A stretch of DNA of 64,000 bases from the NCBI GenBank assembly GCA_051252135.1, contig JBPOGH010000009.1, positions 64,001 to 128,000 of the forward strand, in the 5' to 3' direction. This document shows, piece by piece, positions 46,936 through 54,918 of the stretch. A program made the position numbers and the translations under genes. Each line of letters begins with the position of its first letter. Positions within the stretch are counted from its first letter, which is position 1. The notes beneath the pieces were generated by a model. That model worked only from the letters and a program-made list of their open reading frames with translations. It searched no databases and had not been told where the DNA came from. The DNA comes from Verrucomicrobiaceae bacterium. Lineage in GTDB: Bacteria > Verrucomicrobiota > Verrucomicrobiia > Verrucomicrobiales > Akkermansiaceae.

Positions 46936-49900
46936 TTAGTTGGGTTGGTGGAAGATGGAGTTGTGGATGAGGCGGGTGAATTTTTCTCCGGTGGAGGAGG
47001 TGAGGTTCATTTCGATGGACATGCCCCAGGTGGGGTTGAGGTCGGGGATGGTGAGGGTGATGATGTTGTTGAGGAGGGTTCCGGCGGTGACGTGGAGTTC
47101 GCGTTCGTTGAGGTGTTTTGAGCCGTAGTTTTTGGAGCGTTTGAGGTCCCAGGTTCTAATGATGAAGTTTCCGGGGCTGATGGAGGAGGGATCGATCTCG
47201 TCCGATAGGGTGATGCTTACGCCGGTTTTGGTGGCTTGGATTTTGGTGGGGAGGTGGGCGGGGTGCTCGGTTTTGCGGATGCGGTAGAAGCCGCCGGGTT
47301 GTTGTTGGGTGCCGGCCCAGGCGAACATGCCGCAGCCGTAGAGTTGGCCGTCGGTTGGATGAAAGCGGCCGCGCATGATGCCGGTGGGGAATTGGGTGAG
47401 GGGGAGTTCACACATGCCGCCTTGGCGCTGGCCGTTGATGGTCTCGTGCGGGACGACGTGGATTTTTCCGTAGCCGTACGAAAGATTTAGGAGTTGGCCG
47501 TTGAGGGGGCCCCATTTTGCGTTTTGCGGGACCCAGAGGAGTTCGGAGGGTGAGCGGTCGAAGGCGTTGGTGATCCAGCAGAGGGGGTTTTTCATGGCGG
47601 CGTCTGCGGTGTCGGTGACGGGGGAGTAGCCGTAGATGTTGCCGAAGAATTCGGTGGGGCCGTCGCCGTTGACCCAGTTGATGCGGTTCTTGGGGTTCCA
47701 GTGGCCTTCTTGGTCGGTGACGATGAAGGTGCCATCGGGGTTGAGGCAGACGCCGTTGGCGGCGCGGAAGCCGGTGGCGAGGATGTCGGTGCGGGAGCCG
47801 TCGGCGCTGATGCGGAGGAGGGTGCCGTGGTGGGGGACGAGGGAGTCCTTGGCGTGGCGGGCGGACTTGGCGTAGTAGAAGTTTCCTTCGGCATCGGTCT
47901 GGAGGCCCATCGCGAATTCATGGAAGTGTTCGGTGACTTGGTGGTCGTTGTTGAGGCACTCGATGTAGTCGATGGTTTCGTCGCCGTTGTAATCGTGGAG
48001 TTTGGCGAGTTGATCGCGGCAGGTGACGTGAATTTTGTCGTCGATGATTTTGAGGCCGAGGGGTTGGAAGAGGCCGGAGCAGATGCGCTTCCAGGTGAGG
48101 GTGCCTTGGAGTTGGTCGATGCCTTCGACGATCCAGACGTCGCCCATCCAGGTGCAGATGGCGGCGCGCTTGCCATCGGGGTAGAAGTCGAATCCGCTGG
48201 TGCGCATCCAAGAGTTGTGGGGATTTTCGCCGAGGTCGGGGACGGTGAGAGTGTCGACGGCGAAGGGGCCTGATTCGTCGCCACGTTGGATTTGGGTGGT
48301 GACGGGGATTGGAGGGAAACCTGATTCGTCGGGTTTCCCTGTGACAATGATGACTAAGTGATTTGCGTCGTACTGAAATGTGGTGCGGCCTGATGAGGAA
48401 ATGTGAAAAGTGAAGGATTGTAATTTCTTAGAAGGTGGAACTTTAAAACAGAGGCTTCCATCTTCGATGATGAGGCCTTTTGGGGGATTCGATTTGTCGT
48501 GTGGTTGGAGGCGAAGGGTGAGGGTGCTGGAATGGGGTTCGATCTGAATGATGCGGATAAAGCCTTCTTTATTGCGGGCTTTTTTTATGAGTTCGAGGAT
48601 GGGGATATCACCGATGTCGTATCGGAGAACGCTGCCACTCATGCCTCTAAAATTCACCCAGTCCTTCGGCAGCGGGCCGAAGAGGCGGCCGTCTTTTCCT
48701 TTGGTGCGGATGGGTTCCCAGGAGCCGGTTTTGGGGTGGGCCCAGCCGGGTTTGTCGGGGTTGGTGAGGATGCGTTTTCCGACGATGGAGGTGTGGGTGC
48801 CGTGGGAGCCATCGAAGTCGATGCCCTTCCAGTCGACGAATTGGTCGCCGGTGTAAATGGCGGCGAGGCGCATGGTGTCGTGATCATAGACGGCCCAGGA
48901 GTTGCCTTTTGAAATGCCGCCGAGGCCGAGGTCGAGTCGGATGGCGATGCCTTTTTGGGCGATGTTGACGTTCTCATCAATGGGGCCGGGTTCGATTTGG
49001 TAGGTGCCAAAGAGGACGTTGCCGAAGTCCATCATTTTGTAGGGCGGGATGGTTTCGGTGGTTTCTTTTTCTTCGATGAGGCTCTGGCCGCGTGGGAGTT
49101 TTTGGAGGTAGGAGTCGGTGATGGGGGTGAGTTGGGAGGGATTGGATTTTTCGAGGAATTGGGAGCGGATGTAGTGTATGACGTCGTATTTCTGCCGGGT
49201 GGAGAATTGGGGCATGGGCATCATGGTGCCGTAGCCTTTGGTGAGGGTTTGGTAGATGCGGAAGGGGTCGGATCCGTTTTTGAATTGGCCTTGGTGGAAC
49301 TTGAGGGCGAGGGGGATGGATCCTTCTTTTTGTTCGTTGCCGTGGCAGGTGATGCAGAGCTGGTTGTAGATTTTTTGGCCGCGGGCGAGGGAATCTTTTC
49401 CCCAGGAGCGGATGATGGCTTGGTGGTCTGAGGTTTCGAGAGGTTGGGTCCAGGCGGAATGGATTTTGAGATTTGAGAATTTGACGGTGGCTTGGAAGGG
49501 GGTGGTTGAGGGGGCTTGGTTGAGGAGCTTGTCCGCAGATTTCGCCGATTGACGCAGATTTTTTTCTTGAGTTGAGGGGGATTGATTGGGGTTTTGCCAG
49601 TGGAAGTCGGGGGTGTTGAGTTGGGTGGTTTTTTGATCGGTGAGGGTTTGGATTTCCCGGGGGGTGAGGGGGCGTTTCCAGTAGAGGATTTGGGAGAGGG
49701 TGCCGTCTTTGAAGTCGTGGGCGAAGTCGGTGGCGGTGGATCCGATTTTGAAGAGGTGGTCTTTTTTGTCGGGGGAGGTGAGTTTTTTGCGGGAGGCGAC
49801 TTGTTTGCCGTCGAGGTAGAGGGTGGCTTTTCCTTCGTCGGTGAAGGTGACGAGGGCGAGGTGTTCTTTGCCGTCGTTGACGATTGGGCCGCCGTTGATT

Positions 49901-50442
49901 TCGCCGACCCAGCCGACGTCGTAGTGGAGGATGCCATCGCGAAGGAAGAGGGTTTTGCCGCCCTTGGCCCAGATGCCGGTGGCGGGAGCGCGGGAGGCGA
50001 GGGTGCCGTTTGGTGCGGTGGTGGAGAAGCGGGCGAGGAGGGCGAAGGGGCCGTCCATGGGGAAGTTTTTTCCGGGACGGGGTTTGAAGGAGACGGGACC
50101 TTGGGGGACGAGGGAGTTGGGGATCTCGATGCGGCGGGTGGTGGGATCGTTGGAGGTGGTGAGGTGGATGGTGGCGGGGTGATTGGGGAGGTGCTCGAAG
50201 GTGAGGTCGGCAGTGAGATTTTGGCCGGTGGGGAGGGGGAGGGAGAAGTCGTCCAGCTCGATGGTGGGAGATTTTTCGGCGGAGTAGCGGAGGTAGAGGC
50301 GGGAGTTGTTGAGAGGGGTTCCGGGGGTGTAGGGTTGGTGTGTTTTTTCGGCGGGGATGGAGGTGGGAGGAGGGGATTGTGCGTGGAGGGAGGGGGAGAG
50401 AAGGAGGGAAAGAGTGAGGGAGGGGATGAGGAGAGATTTCAT
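46936..50442 (-). CDS. Secreted PVC-type protein: LamG-like, cytochrome c, DUF6797-like and beta-propeller dehydrogenase-like domains
   Basis: Signal peptide, LYLDGK (LamG), CITCH heme motif with distal MMPM, GLFQPLGL, ATGFRAANG and DQEGHW. Confidence 0.75.
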   Translation of the reverse strand: MKSLLIPSLTLSLLLSPSLHAQSPPPTSIPAEKTHQPYTPGTPLNNSRLYLRYSAEKSPTIELDDFSLPLPTGQNLTADLTFEHLPNHPATIHLTTSNDPTTRRIEIPNSLVPQGPVSFKPRPGKNFPMDGPFALLARFSTTAPNGTLASRAPATGIWAKGGKTLFLRDGILHYDVGWVGEINGGPIVNDGKEHLALVTFTDEGKATLYLDGKQVASRKKLTSPDKKDHLFKIGSTATDFAHDFKDGTLSQILYWKRPLTPREIQTLTDQKTTQLNTPDFHWQNPNQSPSTQEKNLRQSAKSADKLLNQAPSTTPFQATVKFSNLKIHSAWTQPLETSDHQAIIRSWGKDSLARGQKIYNQLCITCHGNEQKEGSIPLALKFHQGQFKNGSDPFRIYQTLTKGYGTMMPMPQFSTRQKYDVIHYIRSQFLEKSNPSQLTPITDSYLQKLPRGQSLIEEKETTETIPPYKMMDFGNVLFGTYQIEPGPIDENVNIAQKGIAIRLDLGLGGISKGNSWAVYDHDTMRLAAIYTGDQFVDWKGIDFDGSHGTHTSIVGKRILTNPDKPGWAHPKTGSWEPIRTKGKDGRLFGPLPKDWVNFRGMSGSVLRYDIGDIPILELIKKARNKEGFIRIIQIEPHSSTLTLRLQPHDKSNPPKGLIIEDGSLCFKVPPSKKLQSFTFHISSSGRTTFQYDANHLVIIVTGKPDESGFPPIPVTTQIQRGDESGPFAVDTLTVPDLGENPHNSWMRTSGFDFYPDGKRAAICTWMGDVWIVEGIDQLQGTLTWKRICSGLFQPLGLKIIDDKIHVTCRDQLAKLHDYNGDETIDYIECLNNDHQVTEHFHEFAMGLQTDAEGNFYYAKSARHAKDSLVPHHGTLLRISADGSRTDILATGFRAANGVCLNPDGTFIVTDQEGHWNPKNRINWVNGDGPTEFFGNIYGYSPVTDTADAAMKNPLCWITNAFDRSPSELLWVPQNAKWGPLNGQLLNLSYGYGKIHVVPHETINGQRQGGMCELPLTQFPTGIMRGRFHPTDGQLYGCGMFAWAGTQQQPGGFYRIRKTEHPAHLPTKIQATKTGVSITLSDEIDPSSISPGNFIIRTWDLKRSKNYGSKHLNERELHVTAGTLLNNIITLTIPDLNPTWGMSIEMNLTSSTGEKFTRLIHNSIFHQPN

Positions 50443-50549
50443 CTAGGATTTAGGGTCGCAAGAGGGGGGAGGTTGTCGAGGAAGAAGGATTGGAATGAGT
50501 TTGACGGAGGGAGGGGGAAACTTCTTAGTGGGGGGTGATTTTTTGAATT

Positions 50550-51593
50550 ATGAATTTGAGTATTTTTCGGAACGGGCTGGTGTGTTGGTCGGTGAGTTTG
50601 CTGACGGGTTGGGGGCAGGTGAGTGATGACTTTAATGATGGGGATGATGCGGGGTGGACGCGGATGAGTCCCTTGGCGGGGATTGGGGGGACATCTGCAT
50701 ATTCTTTTCCGGGCGGGAACAGCTATCGGATTCAGGTTGGGGCTTCGCCGAATGCGGCGGCGGTGGGGCAGAGCCGTGGCGGGTCGTTGAGGGCGGATGT
50801 GAATCATTCGGCCTTCCGGGTGTCGGTAGATGTGGTGGCGGCGGATGCGAGCCTGGAGCAGGACATCGGGATTTTGGCGCGGGTGACGAATCCGGGGTTG
50901 GGGACGTTGAACGGGTATTCGGCGACGTTTGATACCGATGAGGGCCGGGTCTATCTGGGGCGGGTGGATGGGGAGCAGCCGGTTGTGATGGATAGCGTGG
51001 AGGTGCCGCTGGATGCGGCGAAGGACTACCGGATTGTTTTCCACGGGTTCGGGGGGCAGTTCCTGGTGGAGGTGTTTGATGTGGCTGATTTGACGACGAC
51101 GATTGGGACGGTGGTGGGGTTTGATGATCTTTACGCGAGCGGATCAACGGGGCTGTTTGGAAACGCGGGGCTGGCGGAGGGGACGGTGGATGTGACCTTT
51201 GACAACTTCGAGGCGGCGGAGAATCCGGATACGGATCAGGACGGGATGTCGGATCCGGTGGAGGTGGCGGTCTTTGGGAGTCTCTCGCAAACGGGGGAAG
51301 GTGACTTTGATGGCGATGGCACGAGCAATGCGGATGAGCTCAATGCGGGGACCGATCCGACGGTGGCGGGATCGGAGTTTGCGATCATTGATTTGTTGGT
51401 GGAAGCGACGGTGGTGAAGGTCGCTTTTTTCACGGTGCCGGGAAAAATTTACCGATTGGAAAAGAGCACGGATTTGAAGACCTGGGTGGTGGATGAGGAT
51501 GCGGTCTTTCTGGATTTCGATGAGAGCCTGGGAGGGTTCGAAAGCCAGCGCGGGGGGGCGGCGGAGTATCTGAGGGTGACGGTGGGGGAGTGA
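50550..51593 (+). CDS. Secreted lectin-like (beta-sandwich) protein with DxDxDG repeats and the recurrent C-terminal module
   Basis: Signal; DDFNDG..GW, VTFDNF and DFDGDG..N..E..AGTDP; YRLEKSTDLKTW...YLRV. Confidence 0.75.
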   Translation: MNLSIFRNGLVCWSVSLLTGWGQVSDDFNDGDDAGWTRMSPLAGIGGTSAYSFPGGNSYRIQVGASPNAAAVGQSRGGSLRADVNHSAFRVSVDVVAADASLEQDIGILARVTNPGLGTLNGYSATFDTDEGRVYLGRVDGEQPVVMDSVEVPLDAAKDYRIVFHGFGGQFLVEVFDVADLTTTIGTVVGFDDLYASGSTGLFGNAGLAEGTVDVTFDNFEAAENPDTDQDGMSDPVEVAVFGSLSQTGEGDFDGDGTSNADELNAGTDPTVAGSEFAIIDLLVEATVVKVAFFTVPGKIYRLEKSTDLKTWVVDEDAVFLDFDESLGGFESQRGGAAEYLRVTVGE

Positions 51594-51649
51594 GGGAGTG
51601 GGAACGCGAATTTTGCGAATTGGGCCAATCTCGGGTTGAGGGGGATGAT

Positions 51650-53581
51650 TTAGGCGAGGGTGCGGTGGTCTCCGTTGCGGGTGGTGATTTTATCGCGGTC
51701 GAGGCGTTCGAGGAGGGGCATGAGGACTTTGCGGGAGGTGCCGAGTTCCTGGCGGAGTTCGGAGGCGGTGGCTTGTCCGTTTTTTTGGAGGAAGGCGGTG
51801 ACGGTGGTGATGGCTCCCTGGTAGGCGTCTTTTGAAAGGGTGACCTTGGGGTCGAGGGGGATGATTTGTTTGGTGCGGGAGAGGAAGCGGTAGGCGGCCT
51901 CGTGGGCGGGGGTTTGCTGGAGTTCGCCGGGGAGGGGCGGGTTGAGGGCGGCGGAGTCGAGGGTGGCGATGATTTGGGCTGCGGGGGCTTCGAGCTCGGG
52001 TGGGAGTTCGAGGGCGTGGGACTCGTGGCAGACGATGTTTTCGGTGACGCGGAATTTGTTTTCAGCGAGCCAGGAGAGGAGGGCGTCGTAGAGGCCGGGG
52101 ATGCCGGTGGGGGAGCCGAGGTTTTTCTTGAGAAGCTCGGTGGACATGCCGGTGTGATCGGGGTGGGACTGGTGGTAGTCCTTGACGATGGAGGCGGTCT
52201 TTTGGGTGAGGTCTTTCCAGAAGTCGTTGTGGGCGAAGTGCTTATCTCCGATGGTGGCGAGGGTGTTGTCTTTGGTGAGTTTTTTGAGGGCGCTTTTGAT
52301 CTCGCTGGGTGCGAAGGGGAGGGAGGCGGAGAGTTGGGTGAGGGGGAGGAAGTGGTCGCGCTCGAGGTGGGTGCGGAGGAGGAGGGGGAGGTCGTGGGGG
52401 TCGGTGGCGCGCTCGATGAGGAAGTGTTGGCGGAGATCGTCGCGGAAGTGGCGTCGGTCGGGGTGGGGGTCGAGGACGACGGCGCCGCCGAGGGTGGCTT
52501 CGCCGGAGACTTCACGGAGGACGAGGTGTTCGCCGACGAGGGTGTGGACGGGGTGGTCGAAGCGGAGTTGGGCGAAGCCGGTGGCCCCGGGTGCGATGGC
52601 GGATCCTTCGGCAAGGAGAAGGCGGGCCTGGGAGCGGCCGGAGCCGTGGTGGACGTAGATGAGGTGGGCGTTTTTGAGCGGGCGCATGGTGCCCTTTTGT
52701 CCGGGGATGGGGCGGGTGGCACGGGTGATCTCGACGTCGATTTCAGTGGAGGGTTCGCCGGGGGAACCGCCGACGAGGAGGTGGCCACGGGAGATGCCTT
52801 TTTTGCCTTTGGAGGAAAGGGGGAGGTCGGGGAGGTTGAGCGCGGTGCGCATGCCGGGCTTGGCTTCGTCGAGGGAAGAGGAGTGATTTTGGATGGAGCG
52901 GATGTGAGCGTTGAGGCCGGAGGGGTAGGTGGTGAGTTTGTCTCCGGTCTTGAGGGTGCCGCTGGTGAGGGTGCCGGTGACGACGGTGCCGACGCCCTTG
53001 GGGGAGAAGGCGCGGTCGACGGCGAGTCGGGGCTGGCCGAAGTCGCGGGGCTGGGGGGTGTTCCAGAGGATATCGGTGATGGTTTGTTTGAGCTCGTCCA
53101 TGCCGAGGCCGGTGGGGGCGGAGACGGGGACGATGGGAGCGTCCTGGAGGGCGGTGCCCTTGAGGTCATCGGCGAGCATTTCGCGGACGAAGTCGATGTC
53201 ATCGCAGAGGTCAGCCTTGGTGAGGGCGATGACGAAGTTGTTGATGCCGAGGTAGGAGAGGATCTGGAGGTGTTCCTCGGATTGGGGCATCCAGGAGTCA
53301 TCGGCGGCGACGATGAAGATGGCGAGGTCGATGGCGCCGACTCCGGCGACCATGTTGTTGATAAAGTCGGCGTGGCCGGGGACGTCGACGACTCCGATCT
53401 CGAAGGTGTCATTTCCCGGAGGGGTGGGGAGGGAGAAGTGGGCGAAGCCGAGCTCGATGGTGACGCCGCGTTCCTGTTCCTCGGGGAGGCGGTCGGGATT
53501 GGTGCCGGTGAGGGTGTGGACGAGGGTGGATTTGCCGTGGTCGATGTGGCCGGCGGTGCCGATGATGTAGTGGCGGGGCAT
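51650..53581 (-). CDS. selB: Selenocysteine-specific elongation factor
   Basis: IGTAGHIDHGKST, RLPEEQERGVTIELGF, DVPGH, MPQSEEH and a C-terminal winged helix TSRK...PLLERLD...R.GD.R. Confidence 0.95.
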   Translation of the reverse strand: MPRHYIIGTAGHIDHGKSTLVHTLTGTNPDRLPEEQERGVTIELGFAHFSLPTPPGNDTFEIGVVDVPGHADFINNMVAGVGAIDLAIFIVAADDSWMPQSEEHLQILSYLGINNFVIALTKADLCDDIDFVREMLADDLKGTALQDAPIVPVSAPTGLGMDELKQTITDILWNTPQPRDFGQPRLAVDRAFSPKGVGTVVTGTLTSGTLKTGDKLTTYPSGLNAHIRSIQNHSSSLDEAKPGMRTALNLPDLPLSSKGKKGISRGHLLVGGSPGEPSTEIDVEITRATRPIPGQKGTMRPLKNAHLIYVHHGSGRSQARLLLAEGSAIAPGATGFAQLRFDHPVHTLVGEHLVLREVSGEATLGGAVVLDPHPDRRHFRDDLRQHFLIERATDPHDLPLLLRTHLERDHFLPLTQLSASLPFAPSEIKSALKKLTKDNTLATIGDKHFAHNDFWKDLTQKTASIVKDYHQSHPDHTGMSTELLKKNLGSPTGIPGLYDALLSWLAENKFRVTENIVCHESHALELPPELEAPAAQIIATLDSAALNPPLPGELQQTPAHEAAYRFLSRTKQIIPLDPKVTLSKDAYQGAITTVTAFLQKNGQATASELRQELGTSRKVLMPLLERLDRDKITTRNGDHRTLA

Positions 53582-53636
53582 CTTCTGGGGGAAATACGAA
53601 ATTCTGGACGGGGGAGCTTTAAACGGGGGAAACCTA

Positions 53637-53849
53637 TTAAACGATGCCGGCGATGCGGCCTTTCTCAAAATCGTAGGGAGTCATTTCGAGTTTCACCCTG
53701 GTGCCGGCGGTGAGAGCGTCCTTTTGAGCGTTGAGGGATTTGGCAGGATGCCCGATGATTTCCTTACCGTTGGGGAGGCGGACGCGGAAGGCGCGGTCGC
53801 TGAGGGTGGAGAGGATTTCTCCGGTGGTGGTGATGGGCTCGGTGGGCAT
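53637..53849 (-). CDS. Divergent translation initiation factor IF-1 paralog
   Basis: 70-aa S1-like protein: GEI...L...FRVRLPNG.EIIGH...G.RV.LEMTPYD..KGRI. Lacks the canonical SGKMR/IRI basic patch. Confidence 0.8.
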   Translation of the reverse strand: MPTEPITTTGEILSTLSDRAFRVRLPNGKEIIGHPAKSLNAQKDALTAGTRVKLEMTPYDFEKGRIAGIV

Positions 53850-54073
53850 GGGCAGACGATGACGGATAGGCGCAAAATGTGAAGTCGTGAGGTGAAACCG
53901 GATTTTACTACTGAGGGTCAACGGGTTGTGTGACACCTTGATTTTGCTGATTTTTCCCGTGGTTTGGGGAGTTGGAGGCTGTGGTCAGGTTTCTGTTTGA
54001 CCGGAGGGGGAAAAAATCTTCAAGGTTAGGACTGACGATTTGTCTGCGAGGACATTTTTTAACAACAACGCAT

Positions 54074-54790
54074 ATGAAACACAGACTGATATTGATGGGT
54101 GCGCTGGGTGCAACGGCACTGGCGGCACAGGGGGCTTCGATTGGAATTAATCTCGGATCGGGGCGGACCGATGCCTCTCTGGGGGCCGGAGACGTGGCTG
54201 GAGTGGTCCCGCAGGGCAACTGGAATAACGCGGCGGGTAACAATGGGTCACTGGCTGTTCTTAATACCGACGCGGGAACTGCCAGCGGAGCCAGTGTGAC
54301 TTGGGCAACGGATGAGCAATGGAGTGTGGGAACGGGCCCTGCTGATGCAAATGGAACGCTTCTCAATGGTTTTGTTTCCGAGAATAACAATGACGGTTCC
54401 CAGATTTCGATCACGGGGATTCCTTTCACGGTTTATGATCTCTACGTTTATGTGAGCCACGACCGAGCGGGTGAGGACGTGATTTTGGGTGAGACCAACA
54501 ATCTCTTTGCCGACTTTACGGCGATCGAGAGCGATACGGATATTACCTCGCCAGTGAGCTTTGTGCAGCAGACGACCTCCGGGACAGGCAGCGGAAACTT
54601 TGTGGTCTTTTCGGGCCTCACCGCAGCCAATCTGGAGCTGACGATGGGCGCGATTGATGCAAACAGTCCGGGTGGAACGATCGATCGTAACGCGATCGCG
54701 GCTGTCCAGATTGTGCAGGTGCCCGAGCCTTCAAGCAGTGTGTTGGCGGCATTGGCCGCATTGGGCTTGATTGGCCGCCGCCGCCGTTAG
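54074..54790 (+). CDS. PEP-CTERM protein made of one copy of the shared IGxNxGSxR domain
   Basis: MKHRLILMG signal; ends VPEPSSSVLAALAALGLIGRRRR. Confidence 0.93.
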   Translation: MKHRLILMGALGATALAAQGASIGINLGSGRTDASLGAGDVAGVVPQGNWNNAAGNNGSLAVLNTDAGTASGASVTWATDEQWSVGTGPADANGTLLNGFVSENNNDGSQISITGIPFTVYDLYVYVSHDRAGEDVILGETNNLFADFTAIESDTDITSPVSFVQQTTSGTGSGNFVVFSGLTAANLELTMGAIDANSPGGTIDRNAIAAVQIVQVPEPSSSVLAALAALGLIGRRRR

Positions 54791-54831
54791 TCGACCCGAC
54801 CTATCCGGGTTTGTCCCGGATAAATGATTTC

Positions 54832-54868
54832 AACGGTCGCAGGTGGTCATCGCTTGCGACCGTTTTTT
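54832..54868 (+). terminator. Intrinsic terminator after the PEP-CTERM gene
   Basis: AACGGTCGCAGGTG...CGCTTGCGACCGTT-TTTT; a second small hairpin ATCCGGG/CCCGGAT lies just upstream. Confidence 0.8.
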
Positions 54869-54918
54869 CTCTGCAATTTACCCTGATCCGAGAACCTACG
54901 CATCAACTTTAAACGACT

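Noticed and set aside
51591..51650. UGA read-through of 50550..51593 next to selB
   Set aside because: The protein already ends in the terminal YLRV motif, and the extension is short and featureless.
33753..53713. Long plus-strand Gly/Glu/Val-rich ORFs (34716..36119, 43969..45804, 49582..50538, 51866..53713) and Pro/Ser/Thr-rich alternative-frame ORFs
   Set aside because: They are shadows of real minus-strand genes, with low complexity and no family signatures.
53582..54073. Search for tRNA-Sec (selC) near selB
   Set aside because: No cloverleaf, TCA anticodon arm or T-loop is recognisable.
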